NCBI GenBank assembly: GCA_051003195.1
Contig: JBPCLP010000008.1
Coordinates: forward strand, 168,999-232,998
DNA: 64,000 nt
Direction: 5' to 3'
DNA from: Candidatus Sumerlaeaceae bacterium
GTDB taxonomy: Bacteria > Sumerlaeota > Sumerlaeia > Sumerlaeales > Sumerlaeaceae
The notes beneath the pieces were generated by a model that saw only the letters and a list, made by a program, of their open reading frames with translations, ran no database searches and had not been told where the DNA came from. The position numbers were made by a program, and so were the translations under genes. Of the stretch, positions 52,144-62,645 are shown one piece after another. Position 1 is the stretch's first letter, and every line of letters begins with the position of its first letter.

Positions 52144-54186
52144 ATGTACGCAAATCGTCTTTTGGCATCTTTTGCAATCATCACACACCTGCTGTGTTCC
52201 ACGTGTGGATTTGCTCAACAGGAAGCCGTTTCCCAGCAGGATGTCATCCGGCTGCTGGAACTTAAGATTCCGGAAGCGCAGATTATTGAGCGGGTAAAAA
52301 GCGCGGGCACGGTTTTTGTCCTTGGCCAAACAGACATTGAGCGCCTGAAAAAGGCAGGCGCGTCGGAGACGCTGCTGGCAGCAATGGGGGCGTCAGCCAG
52401 CGGGAAATCCAGCGATAGCGGTATCGCGATCAGTGACGCGACGACTGCAGAAATCAGCGATCTCGCCATCGTAGTCGATTACTCCGGAAGCATGAACGCC
52501 AAAACGCCCGACGGCATACTCAAGGTAGATGCGGCCAAAAAAGCATTCGAAGCGCTGGTGGACAAACTGCCAAAGGATCTCAGGGTGTCGCTGGTTGTCT
52601 ACGGCACAGACAAACAGCGTGGATGTGAAGACATTGATATTGTGCAGCCGCTAGCTGACCTTGACCGGGATTCGCTGAAGAAACTTGGGACCAGTTTTGA
52701 GGCAAAGGGCATGACGCCCATAGCGGCTTCTCTTGAAAAGGCCGCGGAAACGCTAACCGGATCCAAAGGCGGGCGTTCGATTGTACTAATCACCGACGGC
52801 GCGGAAAGCTGTAAGGGTGATCCGGCCCAGGTGGCCCAGCGGCTTGCGCGTCAGTACGGAGTTTCATTCGCTCTGCACGTGATCGGCTTCGATCTGAAGC
52901 CGGAAGAGAAACAGGCTCTTGAGCAGGTTGCGATCGCCGGACGTGGCCGGTACTTTAATGCCGACAGTTCCGCCCAGCTTACCGAGGCAATGCAAAAAGT
53001 AACTGTCGCAGTTGCCAAGGCCACGCCGAAACCCTCGCCAAAACCGGAACCCACTGCCACTCCCGAGCCCACCCCTCGCGATTCGCGCGCTTTTTCCGCA
53101 GGAGGCCAGGAACTGAAAGGCGGAGCCTGGTTTCACGATGCGACCGAGGTAAAGCCCGGGGAATACAAAGGCGGACTCAGCCTGAAGGAAATACGGTTCT
53201 ACAAAATGCCGGTACAGAAGGGACAGGAACTGCGCGCAATTGGACAGTTTAAGAAGTTTCCTCTTCCAGGCGATCCGTATTATGATCAGCCAATGGGTCA
53301 GGACTTTATTGTGACCGTTTATGATCCAGGTCTAAACCCCGTGGCGCGCGAGTTCGTGGAGACGAAAGACAATCCAACCGCACCGGTTACAACGCGGGCC
53401 AGCTGGACGGCCGATTCTGACGGCATGGCCTGGGTCAGCGTTGCAGCGTCCCAGAACTACAAGCCGGGTTCAAAGGCCTGGGCTGAAAACTCCGGGTTAA
53501 AAGACGTACAACCATCCGATTATACCTTGAGAATTAAGGTGGAAGGCGAGGTCGCACAGGCGGGCGCCGTCACCGCGCCGGCAAACCTGACTGTGAAATC
53601 GGGAACGGGCTTCGACAATGCCGGTGCCATTTCGGGCAATGGCATGATCACTGAAGATATTAAGTTCGACGAAACTGTATTTTACTCGGTCGCAGTCCAG
53701 AAGGATCAGCCTGTGGAATTAACACTCGCGGCGCAGAAGCCGTGGGAAGCGCGGGATCATTACTATTTCCCGCAAAAAGCCACTTATACCATTACCCTGT
53801 ACGATGACGACCAGGTTGAAGTGGCCAAAGAGACTCTCGATATTAAGGGTAATCCGCCGGATGCCTATTCAAAGGCGCTCAACTGGACCGCGACCATTGG
53901 CGGCAAAGCCTACATCAGCCTTTCGCTTACCAATACGGCAACCAATGCGAAATCGAACTCTGCCGAGCCCGGGGCAGGTCACTTTTCGCTGCTGGTAAGC
54001 ACGGGTGCCAGCGAGGCGAAGCAACCTGGCACGGCTGCGGGCACCGCTCCGGCCAGCACGCCCGAAGCCTCTCCGGCGTCCTCGGATAAACCGGCAGATA
54101 AAACCGCGGAACCCGCAGACAAGTCCGCAACTCCGGGACCCGAACGAAAGCCCGTTGATCCATTCTCGGGAGCAGAAACGAAGTAG
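52144..54186 (+). CDS. Secreted VWA-domain protein with two C-terminal beta-sandwich modules
   Basis: RBS GGAGG, signal peptide, MIDAS DYSGS...TPIA...ITDGAESC, Pro/Thr linker. Confidence 0.88.
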   Translation: MYANRLLASFAIITHLLCSTCGFAQQEAVSQQDVIRLLELKIPEAQIIERVKSAGTVFVLGQTDIERLKKAGASETLLAAMGASASGKSSDSGIAISDATTAEISDLAIVVDYSGSMNAKTPDGILKVDAAKKAFEALVDKLPKDLRVSLVVYGTDKQRGCEDIDIVQPLADLDRDSLKKLGTSFEAKGMTPIAASLEKAAETLTGSKGGRSIVLITDGAESCKGDPAQVAQRLARQYGVSFALHVIGFDLKPEEKQALEQVAIAGRGRYFNADSSAQLTEAMQKVTVAVAKATPKPSPKPEPTATPEPTPRDSRAFSAGGQELKGGAWFHDATEVKPGEYKGGLSLKEIRFYKMPVQKGQELRAIGQFKKFPLPGDPYYDQPMGQDFIVTVYDPGLNPVAREFVETKDNPTAPVTTRASWTADSDGMAWVSVAASQNYKPGSKAWAENSGLKDVQPSDYTLRIKVEGEVAQAGAVTAPANLTVKSGTGFDNAGAISGNGMITEDIKFDETVFYSVAVQKDQPVELTLAAQKPWEARDHYYFPQKATYTITLYDDDQVEVAKETLDIKGNPPDAYSKALNWTATIGGKAYISLSLTNTATNAKSNSAEPGAGHFSLLVSTGASEAKQPGTAAGTAPASTPEASPASSDKPADKTAEPADKSATPGPERKPVDPFSGAETK

Positions 54187-54230
54187 AAACCGGCGGGCGC
54201 GACAAGGTGCCTGGTAACCAGCTGCCAGGG

Positions 54231-55229
54231 ATGATGGAGCTGGTTTTCCAGCCGCCTCCATCACCACGGCCGCTGCCGCGTCTGCTGTTGCTGCTTCTGT
54301 TCGTGCAGCAGGCACCGGCACCTGCCCAGCCTGCCGATAAGGAGCGAAACCCTGCCTGGCAGGAGACGTCGTCTTCCGCGCTACTCCGTGGAAATCCGGG
54401 GGACTGGGATGACTTCTCCATCGGAAGCCCGTGTGTCCTGCGTACTGGAAACGCATGGCAAATGTACTATGAGGGCCGATCGCTGGATGAAGATGGCTAC
54501 CGGAGCGCCTTTGGCATGGCGAGCAGTGACGATGCAGTATCGTGGAAAAAGCACAGCCAGAACCCATTGCTGCAGCCGGATATTGAAACCAGCGCATCGT
54601 GCGCCGCTTTCAGTGTGACCTCCGGCAGCAAATCCCTTGTGGGAGCATTTGCCGTCCAGCGCTCTCTCTTCCAACATTCACAGGAAGAGCTGAATAAGGG
54701 CGTCGCCTGGCTCTCGTTCGTTGAGAGCACGGATGGAGTTGTGTGGCAGGCATGCCATCCCGCAGTTTCGCTCGACATGCACCGCACTCACTTTCCCCTC
54801 GCGCCATCTCTTTATCATTCAGACCAGAAGCTGCACCTGTGGTGGTTCGGACTGCGCGAGGGGCTAAGGGTGCTGAACCATAGTATAAGCGATGGCGCGA
54901 AGTGGAGCAAACCGAACTGGCAGCCGGCTGGAGAATTGTCAGAACGGGAGCTGTGCTGTGCACGCGTGGTTCCGTCGGGAAATTACCTGCTTCTTTCCGC
55001 AGTGGAAAAAGCAGCACGCCCCCGCGTCGTCACATTTACTTCCCGCAACGGCCGCACCTGGCACAGGGCCGGTCCGCCACCGTTTGAACTGGAATCTCAT
55101 ACCGCTCACTCAGCGCCTTTTCTGGTTTTTACCGCGGAAGGAGCGCGGCTTTACTATTCCTCCAACCTGGCCGACGGGGGCTCGCATCTTCACTCCGCCT
55201 TTTGTCCGAAAAGCGCCTATGTACGTTAG
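54231..55229 (+). CDS. Secreted beta-propeller protein (GH43/GH32/GH130 clan-like fold)
   Basis: GDWDDFSIGSPCV, WQMYYEG, ASSDDAVSWKKHSQNP, Asp-box-like STDGVVW and SRNGRTW. Confidence 0.65.
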   Translation: MMELVFQPPPSPRPLPRLLLLLLFVQQAPAPAQPADKERNPAWQETSSSALLRGNPGDWDDFSIGSPCVLRTGNAWQMYYEGRSLDEDGYRSAFGMASSDDAVSWKKHSQNPLLQPDIETSASCAAFSVTSGSKSLVGAFAVQRSLFQHSQEELNKGVAWLSFVESTDGVVWQACHPAVSLDMHRTHFPLAPSLYHSDQKLHLWWFGLREGLRVLNHSISDGAKWSKPNWQPAGELSERELCCARVVPSGNYLLLSAVEKAARPRVVTFTSRNGRTWHRAGPPPFELESHTAHSAPFLVFTAEGARLYYSSNLADGGSHLHSAFCPKSAYVR

Positions 55230-58200
55230 ACTGCCTGCGGGGCGACGCCTTATAACCAGGGTGCGATGGCTGCTCATCCTGTTTCTTTGCCTGATCGCGG
55301 CGCACCGGTCGTCTGCGCAGCAGCCCCGACGGCCGGCTGCCCAAACCCCACGTCCGACATCCCGCCCGGCGACTCCCACGCCGCGTCCGGAAACCCAGTG
55401 GAAAGTTCGCTGCCACTGGAATGGCGTATATTCCAGTGGTGCCGTTTATAAGGAGCGCGCATCCGGAACAGAAGTCAGTTTTTTAAAGAAGGCTCCGCTT
55501 AACGGGGTGTTTGTAAATCAGTGCAACATTCGGATCCGCGAGGAGTTCCAGGAGAGCAGTGGCCAGTTGCGCGCAATTCTCGAAGAGGCTAAGTGGAATG
55601 CAAGTCACCAGGATCTTCACTGGATAGACAAATATGGTACTCGCACAAACGCCGGCAATGGCGGCAGTGGATCCGGTGAGTACATGCTGTCGTCGGAAAC
55701 CAGCACGCCCCTTGCAAAGATACAGTACACTTCCAGGCAGGGCGAACCAGACCAGGTTTCTCTGGATATACAACTGGAACTGGAAAGTGATGATACTTTT
55801 CCCAGGCACCAATTATCACTGGACCGCGGCGACACTCCGTTTTCCACTGTGGTTAAAGCAGGTGACATTCATAAGAAACAACCGGATGTCATTGTACCCA
55901 TTTTCTCAGGCGAGTTTAAACCGGATGGCACCGTCATCCGCTGGACAGATAATAAGGATTTCGACGGGACAAGCGGGTGGGAGCGTTACTGGGTGCTCAG
56001 GCAATCCACGCGGCCTGTTTTGCTGCAGCTGAGCCCATGTCCAAAGGACTGGATTCCGGCACTGGGCGGGAAACGCAGCGAATCCGTTATTCCGTTTAAC
56101 GTGCGCGTAGTCGATCCGCCGGGAGCTTCCGCGCGCTGGCGCTACCGCCTGGAGAAAGTGTCACAATTGCCCGGCATCTGCAACAACGCGAACATGCCTG
56201 CGTGGAAGAACGCGGAATGGCAGGGCACAATCGGAAACTACCTGAATGATCTCCTGTTTGATTTTCGAAGGTATGCGTGGCGCGAGCCACGCTACGTGGC
56301 ACCGGAAAACCCCTGGCAGGTGCTGGAACTGCGCGAACCCGCTGCTTCGGACACCATTGAAGTAACCTGCCTGGACTACGGAGCGTCGGGAAGGCTGGTT
56401 GCAGAGGGCGAAATTGGCGGATTGTGGCACAAGGCTGTGGTAAAGGAGACGGAAGAGAAATTCGCCCGTATTCCTTTTGCGAAAAAGGACGTGGATGACG
56501 ACCGCATAGCCAATGCGGCCACACCGACAAAAACCTCCGGCGCACCTTATCCGGTTGCGCGCCAGGCGGAAGACCTGGATGCACGCCCCGTCGGTTTTGC
56601 CTCGTGTAAAGGAGACGGGCTCAGCGTGTTCGAAGAGTACCGCGGATTCATGCTGCGGGACCTCGCTGGTCTGCACCCGGACTCGCACCATTCCCGCCTG
56701 GACCCGCAGAAGAAGGATCTTTTCCTCATCCTGGATCGCAAAGGGCAGCCGCTGGCGCAGCATCTGCAGGCCTTCGAGACAGCATCGGAGCTGTCGGTAT
56801 GCCGCATTGGTGATGACCCGCTCAGGACGTATGTGAATTCCGGGCAGGATCCCGATCGGCGCACGGTGAACTTCAATCGTCAGCCCGGCACCGGGAGGCC
56901 ACAGCACGCACTTTATCTTACGGTAGATAATAGCCTTCCGTCGGGGATCAACGGACGTGCCAGCAATTTCGGTCCGCCTGTAAATGTCACGTCCATTGGC
57001 GTATCGCTCAGGAGTTGCGCGTCCAACGAAAGAATGTTGCCCAACTTTACACGTCGTGTCGTCATCCACGAACTGGCCCACGGCATTGGCGTGCTGCACC
57101 ATGGGCAGACGAATCGCGGAGATGCCGCTGCAAACACGCCGGAGCTGCGACTGCCCGTTGCGGTGGGAAACAAAACATACACCATGGTGGCAGTGCAGGG
57201 GGGGCAGAATAGTGGTGATGACAAGTGCGCCATGAAATACGTGCTATGGAACTTTTACCTGCGCAATGCCCCCCGCAGTGTCCCTACCACTTACTCACGG
57301 GCACGGGAACGGGCAGGGCTTTTATTCTGCAAGAGTGCTGTGGGGTCCGGAATCAACAAGATCGGAACACCGGACTGGCACTGCGGCAATGCGACGCTGG
57401 GAAACTGTGTGGGGCAGTTCAGGATAAGCGACGCGTGTGCGCGGCCAGCAACGGGTGCGGTCAGTGGCAGCAGCGAGTCCACGGCCAGGGGCTGGACGGA
57501 TGGGGAAGACGAGGCGGAGACGTCCGCAACCGGCTCCCGTGAACGCGCCGAGGTACTGCTGAGTATCAGTTCCGCGCAGGCGACGCCGGCTACGATGCTC
57601 CCTGGCACACCCATGATCCTATACGTACAGGTGCAAGGGCTGGGGTATGGACGCTCGCCGACCGCACTTAAGAAATTAGATGGCCCGCAAAGCTTCCAAC
57701 TGCTCGGACTGGATGCGGCCGGGAAATGGGAAGTTTTAAACTGCACGGTCACGGCAGGCAGAGCAACGCGCAGTTCGCCTGAGAACCCTTACGAACCGCA
57801 CGATGCACAAACCTTCGATTTGACAAGCCGGACTGTATACATGCTTCCGCTCGTCATCGAAACCTCAGCCCCGCAGTCGCTCGGGCGGGTGTTTCTTTCG
57901 GCTGCGGGTCGCACGGAGCGAGTGATTTCCGAGAGTCTGCGTTTTAGCGCTACGGACCCTCAGTCGCTCCCGCCTTCGGAGCGAGAACCGCTGGAGATCG
58001 CGTCGCTTCACGCGCGCGCGGAAGTCCACCTCCACAAACAGCAGACACGGCTGGCCGAGGAGCTTTGCCGCCAGGCGCTTGCCCGCGACACGAACAGGCG
58101 GCCTACGTTCATTCTGCTTGCGCAGATCCTGGAAGCACAGGACCAGCTGCGCGAGGCATATGAGCAATACCAGCGGGCGTTAGTTGCCCCACCGGAATTC

Positions 58201-58698
58201 GAGATTATAGAAGAGCCGCCCTATGACGTTCTCTTTGCGATGCGTCGTATCGAAGAGCGGCTCGGAATGGAGCCGCAACCACTCCTGTTTGATCCGGTCA
58301 CGAGCACGCCGGTCGACCAGAGCCCGCTCACCAGCGTCACACTCGCGGCGGTTGTTGCGGGTACGACCTTCGGCCCGCCGTTCAACACGGCTGCTGAGAA
58401 GCTTAGCTTGGGCTGGCAGTGCGACGCTTCGGCTTCCGACCCGCTGGGCATCCGCTGGATAGCCCAGGACACAGGGGGCGTAGTTCCGACCGACCGCGTG
58501 ATCGGCAGTGCTAAATCTCAGCCAGGGCAGCGCGAGGGTGTCTTTACTCTAAGCCGGCCCGCAGCGGGGTTCCCACCTGGAATGTATCGCGTAGAAATCT
58601 GGCACGCAGGGAAAACCGTGTACACCGACAGTTTTGAAGTAATTGCAGGTGCAAATCATTTGCCGGTCTCGGCTTTACCCGGTTCGTCTGGACCATAG
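55219..58698 (+). CDS. Large secreted metzincin-type zinc metalloprotease with TPR and C-terminal Ig-like domain
   Basis: HELAHGIGVLH (HExxHxxGxxH), Met-turn CAMKY, GDGLSVFEEYRGF, TPR pair near the C-terminus. Confidence 0.75.
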   Translation: MYVRLPAGRRLITRVRWLLILFLCLIAAHRSSAQQPRRPAAQTPRPTSRPATPTPRPETQWKVRCHWNGVYSSGAVYKERASGTEVSFLKKAPLNGVFVNQCNIRIREEFQESSGQLRAILEEAKWNASHQDLHWIDKYGTRTNAGNGGSGSGEYMLSSETSTPLAKIQYTSRQGEPDQVSLDIQLELESDDTFPRHQLSLDRGDTPFSTVVKAGDIHKKQPDVIVPIFSGEFKPDGTVIRWTDNKDFDGTSGWERYWVLRQSTRPVLLQLSPCPKDWIPALGGKRSESVIPFNVRVVDPPGASARWRYRLEKVSQLPGICNNANMPAWKNAEWQGTIGNYLNDLLFDFRRYAWREPRYVAPENPWQVLELREPAASDTIEVTCLDYGASGRLVAEGEIGGLWHKAVVKETEEKFARIPFAKKDVDDDRIANAATPTKTSGAPYPVARQAEDLDARPVGFASCKGDGLSVFEEYRGFMLRDLAGLHPDSHHSRLDPQKKDLFLILDRKGQPLAQHLQAFETASELSVCRIGDDPLRTYVNSGQDPDRRTVNFNRQPGTGRPQHALYLTVDNSLPSGINGRASNFGPPVNVTSIGVSLRSCASNERMLPNFTRRVVIHELAHGIGVLHHGQTNRGDAAANTPELRLPVAVGNKTYTMVAVQGGQNSGDDKCAMKYVLWNFYLRNAPRSVPTTYSRARERAGLLFCKSAVGSGINKIGTPDWHCGNATLGNCVGQFRISDACARPATGAVSGSSESTARGWTDGEDEAETSATGSRERAEVLLSISSAQATPATMLPGTPMILYVQVQGLGYGRSPTALKKLDGPQSFQLLGLDAAGKWEVLNCTVTAGRATRSSPENPYEPHDAQTFDLTSRTVYMLPLVIETSAPQSLGRVFLSAAGRTERVISESLRFSATDPQSLPPSEREPLEIASLHARAEVHLHKQQTRLAEELCRQALARDTNRRPTFILLAQILEAQDQLREAYEQYQRALVAPPEFEIIEEPPYDVLFAMRRIEERLGMEPQPLLFDPVTSTPVDQSPLTSVTLAAVVAGTTFGPPFNTAAEKLSLGWQCDASASDPLGIRWIAQDTGGVVPTDRVIGSAKSQPGQREGVFTLSRPAAGFPPGMYRVEIWHAGKTVYTDSFEVIAGANHLPVSALPGSSGP

Positions 58699-58700
58699 TC

Positions 58701-59423
58701 ATGTTCCGTTATCTCATTTCGAGCTTCGGTTTCATTTTCGGGGCTATCTGGGCCCTGGTCGGGTCCATTTTCGTCGCGGCAGGGATCGGCGTCCTGTGGT
58801 CCGAATACCGAATTCATCAGCACGGTGTGTCCGCTACCGGCACCGTCGTGGAAAAACTCCACACCAGCAGTTCTGAAAGTTCCAGTAACTACTCCATCAA
58901 ATACACGTTCCGGGACCGAAGTGGAAATGAACACATTGCGACGCACAAGTTGCCGTGGGAGACTTGGCGCAACTACACCGATGGCGACTCGTTGGAGGTT
59001 GTCTACCTGCCGGAAGAACCGGACTCGGTGCGGTTGTCCAGCAGTGTGAATCGTAAATGGTGGGTTGGCGGGGCAGCCTTTGCTGCATTCGGTGGCGCAT
59101 TTGCCGGAGTCGGATGGTTTCTTGTGCTGCGCGCCATGCTGATCACGTCGCAAAAGCTTGCGCTGCTGCGTACCGGCTTTCCTGTCATGGGCGAGATCGT
59201 CGAGGTTCGGGAAAACCAGCAGGTTAAGATCAACAACAGGCATCCGCTCTACCTGGTGTACAGGTTCACCGCGCCAGATGGGCAGGTAATTGAAGGCAAG
59301 TCGGTCAATATTCCACGCCGCGCAGAAGGCCGATTTCATGTTGGCGGCCAAGTTAAAATAGTTTACGATCCGCGGAACTATAACCGCCACGAAGTCGACC
59401 TGTTTGGCCACCGCGGCAGATGA
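58701..59423 (+). CDS. Membrane protein with two DUF3592-like modules
   Basis: TM followed by (ATGTVV...YTF...GDSLEVVYLPEEP), repeated as (GEIVEV...YRF...GGQVKIVYDPRN). Confidence 0.78.
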   Translation: MFRYLISSFGFIFGAIWALVGSIFVAAGIGVLWSEYRIHQHGVSATGTVVEKLHTSSSESSSNYSIKYTFRDRSGNEHIATHKLPWETWRNYTDGDSLEVVYLPEEPDSVRLSSSVNRKWWVGGAAFAAFGGAFAGVGWFLVLRAMLITSQKLALLRTGFPVMGEIVEVRENQQVKINNRHPLYLVYRFTAPDGQVIEGKSVNIPRRAEGRFHVGGQVKIVYDPRNYNRHEVDLFGHRGR

Positions 59424-59480
59424 TGGGACTCGAGAAGTTCTGTGGACAGCACGCAATACGTTGAGCGGTTTTTTCGACTG

Positions 59481-59559
59481 GGGCGCCGCCATCTACGCGC
59501 TCCGCGCGTTTCCAAAGCGGCGGCAAGCCGCGCGCACTCCAAATTCGATTGTCGGAAGC
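59481..59559 (+). repeat. 79-bp direct repeat, copy 2
   Basis: Matches 51794-51872 with 3 mismatches. Confidence 0.92.
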
Positions 59560-59624
59560 GGCGGTGTGTCAGCAGGTTGCTGAGGCGGGAAATTCATCCT
59601 GACTTTTCGCGTCCAAACCTCGCA

Positions 59625-59975
59625 CTATTCTTCCTCGATTGGCTCCGCTGCCAGGTATTCCGTAAGAAACTGGTTCGCGTCTTCGAACTGATCCTCGCGC
59701 ACGTGAATGGATCTGTTGCCGCTTGTGCCAAAAACGCCAGTGCTGGAAGCGGCTACATATTGAATCTCGAAGCCGGCTTCCGCGAGTACCTGGCGCATCA
59801 GGTCGGCTTCTGCAGTTGTGGGGGCCACGTGCAGCAGCTTGAGACCGGACGGCGCCGTGTCGTCGAACGCATCGGGAGCGGGATTGGCCGGGACGACGGC
59901 CGCACCGAAGAGCAGAGTCTTCAGGTAGCCCGGCTCGCTTGCAGCACGCTTCAGGGTTTCAAGAAATGTGGGCAT
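59625..59975 (-). CDS. DUF2007-like (putative signal-transducing) protein
   Basis: AEADLMRQVLAEAGF...IHVREDQFEDANQFL. Confidence 0.7.
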   Translation of the reverse strand: MPTFLETLKRAASEPGYLKTLLFGAAVVPANPAPDAFDDTAPSGLKLLHVAPTTAEADLMRQVLAEAGFEIQYVAASSTGVFGTSGNRSIHVREDQFEDANQFLTEYLAAEPIEEE

Positions 59976-60002
59976 CGCTTGCCTGTCCTCCAACGCGTTT
60001 AC

Positions 60003-62645
60003 TTAATCGAACTCGTATGCGGAAATACCGACGGGAACCGGCACGGCGAAGTAGGTCATCACGGCGTTCATGACCTCGTTGCGGGTTGTCGACGAGCCGA
60101 TGCCCTCGAACGGAAATGCGACATAGACCACCTTGCCCGTTCCCGCGCGCTGCACGGCGGCAGTGGTGCCCGGGCCCGTGTAGCTCATGGCGGCGGCGGA
60201 ACCCACCTGCGGCGAGATGACATCCGCAGCTTCAACTTCGTACGGCGCTCCACCCGTGAGTGAAAAATCAACGCTGCCGATGGACGCGAACACGGAGCCG
60301 CCGAGTCCCGAAGCGGCCGTGACGGTAGAGCTATCCGCAACGTAAGTCGCACCGAGCTGCGTCTGGTAGAAAGAGGAACCGCCGGAGTTGCCCACAAGGT
60401 CGTAGCCGATCTCACTGCCGGTGATGAACAGGTTGCCCGACGTTCCAAGGTAGGTTGTCAGAAGTGCCTGTTCGGTCGCATCGAGAGTCCGGGTGATATA
60501 GGATTCCTCGCCGCAAATCCAGATGACGGCGGAATAGCCGGCGAGCGGCACCTGGCCGGCGGAGACGGCTTCGTTGCTGGCGCTGTCGAATGCGCGCGTA
60601 CAGGCCGCGAGCGCCTCTCCATTCTGGACGACGTAATCGAACGAGTTCATCTTGCGCGGTCGGATGACGCCGATGGTGGTGGGAGACGCGTTCGATGTGC
60701 TGCCGGTATTGGAGGTTATCGTGTCGCGCGGTGACATCAGGTAGTCGAAGCGGTCGAAGCCGTTCACGACGAGAACGGGTGCGGTGCCAGCGGACGGCAT
60801 GCGGACGCCGAGAACCTCGGAGGGAAGCGATTCGCCCCCTGCATTGGTCGCGGCGACCTGAAAGTAGTAATTGTGATTTGTCTGCAACCCGGTAATCGTC
60901 GTGGAAAGCGTGGCACCGCCGACGATGGTGACCGGATTCGAAAAGCCGTAACCGTTGTCGGAGCGGTAGACAACGTAACCAGTGGCGGGATCGCCCTTGG
61001 GATCACCGGAGAGCGGCGCCTGCCAGGAAACGGTGATGGCGCTGGAGCCGTTACACCGCGCCGCGACATTGCGAGGAGGTTCCGGTAGATAATTGAGCGG
61101 GACCGCTCCGGCTGAACCGTCGTTGAGGAACTTCAGGATGGCGCGGTAGGAACCGCGTGCAATGACGTCGCGGCAGCGCGGATCGCGCAGCAGCAGTGCG
61201 TCGCGAGCATCTTCGTGGCTGGCCACTTCCGCGATGGTTGCCGGCATTTCGTCGTTATTGCCGATATTTGGCGAAGAGCCGAACGCGCGAATTTCGCCGA
61301 AGTCGCCGCCGAGCGCGCCCTGCGAACGGGGCGAAATCCAGTCGTGCTCAAACGAAACGCCGGAGTCCTCCGCTTCCATGTTGTTGGCGATTTCGTTGCC
61401 GATGTATGCGGCCATCTGCGACTGACTGGTAGTGCCGGTGCTGCCAGAGGTGATGTGGAGACCCAGTGTGTTTACCAGCCCCGCGTTTGAATGAAAACTG
61501 AGAAACGTCCGCTGCCAGAAGTTGCCCTCCGCCTCGTTGTTCATGTCGGCGCTTTTTCGCGGCGGGGTGCCGACGTTGTCGTTGTTGTCGTCGAAACTGG
61601 GCCAATCGTAAATGTCGGTGGAGACGCCCTGCCCGTTGCCACGCTGTACCCAGTAACGAGAGTTCTCGAGGGGGCGTTCGTATCCGGACAGGCCAAAGCC
61701 GCGATCGACGTCGCCCATGCCATTGCCGAAGCGGATCGCGTCGGCAATGACGACGCCACTCTCGCCTGGGGCATAGTTCGAAATGACGACGTTGCCGGCG
61801 CTGCCCGCGTTGAAATGGTACGTTCCCAGCCACACCCAGCCTTGTCCCACGCGCTTGTGGTTCACACGAAGCTGTGTTTCGCCGCCGCTGTGATTGATGC
61901 GGTAGAGCTGGTTGACGCGATCGCCGCCCCAGCGCACCCACGTGTATACGGGGTAGAAACCCGGTGCGCTTAGAGTGGGTGTGTAGACGGCGGAGGCAAT
62001 TTGTGCCGCGGCGTCCGCGGATGCGTATCGATATGGCACCGCGTCGCCGGCGTTGCCATAGTAAATTGTAGAGACGGCGTTGTTCCAGGTTCCGGAATAG
62101 GTGACGCCGGCGGAGCTGTTATCGAGGACGACTTCCAGGTTCTGCTGATCGATCGGGCGGAACGGGATGAGAGTGGCGCCGGCGTTATAGCAGTATTTCG
62201 CAAACGCGTTGAGTTGCTCGACATTGCCATAGTCCTCGATGACGCCGTTAAAGTTGAGCCGCTGTGTGAACCAGGTGCGGTCGGAATCGGCGGGCCGTGT
62301 GTCGGTCGGGTCTGCGGTCCATCCGTGGCCGCCGCTGCAGTACACCAAAATCCCGGTGAGGGCACCCGTGGGTTGCACGCGGGCGCTGGAATTAAGCACT
62401 GGAGTCGTTTTGGGCGCTGCTGCGGCAGCCGCTTTTGCGGTCGGTGCGTAGTAATTCTGTAAGGTCGTTTGAACCGGCTGAACTGCAGGGGTGTCGCGCC
62501 AGTCGCGATGCGGCGGGCGATAAACGATAATCGGACCGATTCCGCCGGGATCCACGTCCTGGGTCGCCAGCACCGAGCCTGGGTTGTACATGAGCGCGAC
62601 ACCACATGCGAGGGCGGCAAGACGCGGCAATAGAAGGGAAGACAT
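60003..62645 (-). CDS. Secreted N-acetylmuramoyl-L-alanine amidase-like protein with golvesin-like insert, FN3 domain and C-terminal VPVPVGISAYEFD tail
   Basis: Amidase_3-type motifs SGGHG, IED, FLSFHSNA, AEVASH; YPVYTW...WVWLGTYHF...VIADAIRFG; FN3 ITVSWQAP...YYFQVAATNAGGES. Confidence 0.78.
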   Translation of the reverse strand: MSSLLLPRLAALACGVALMYNPGSVLATQDVDPGGIGPIIVYRPPHRDWRDTPAVQPVQTTLQNYYAPTAKAAAAAAPKTTPVLNSSARVQPTGALTGILVYCSGGHGWTADPTDTRPADSDRTWFTQRLNFNGVIEDYGNVEQLNAFAKYCYNAGATLIPFRPIDQQNLEVVLDNSSAGVTYSGTWNNAVSTIYYGNAGDAVPYRYASADAAAQIASAVYTPTLSAPGFYPVYTWVRWGGDRVNQLYRINHSGGETQLRVNHKRVGQGWVWLGTYHFNAGSAGNVVISNYAPGESGVVIADAIRFGNGMGDVDRGFGLSGYERPLENSRYWVQRGNGQGVSTDIYDWPSFDDNNDNVGTPPRKSADMNNEAEGNFWQRTFLSFHSNAGLVNTLGLHITSGSTGTTSQSQMAAYIGNEIANNMEAEDSGVSFEHDWISPRSQGALGGDFGEIRAFGSSPNIGNNDEMPATIAEVASHEDARDALLLRDPRCRDVIARGSYRAILKFLNDGSAGAVPLNYLPEPPRNVAARCNGSSAITVSWQAPLSGDPKGDPATGYVVYRSDNGYGFSNPVTIVGGATLSTTITGLQTNHNYYFQVAATNAGGESLPSEVLGVRMPSAGTAPVLVVNGFDRFDYLMSPRDTITSNTGSTSNASPTTIGVIRPRKMNSFDYVVQNGEALAACTRAFDSASNEAVSAGQVPLAGYSAVIWICGEESYITRTLDATEQALLTTYLGTSGNLFITGSEIGYDLVGNSGGSSFYQTQLGATYVADSSTVTAASGLGGSVFASIGSVDFSLTGGAPYEVEAADVISPQVGSAAAMSYTGPGTTAAVQRAGTGKVVYVAFPFEGIGSSTTRNEVMNAVMTYFAVPVPVGISAYEFD

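Noticed and set aside
54892..55218. Upstream extension of the metalloprotease ORF
   Set aside because: It overlaps the propeller gene; the signal-peptide-like segment begins only after 55219.
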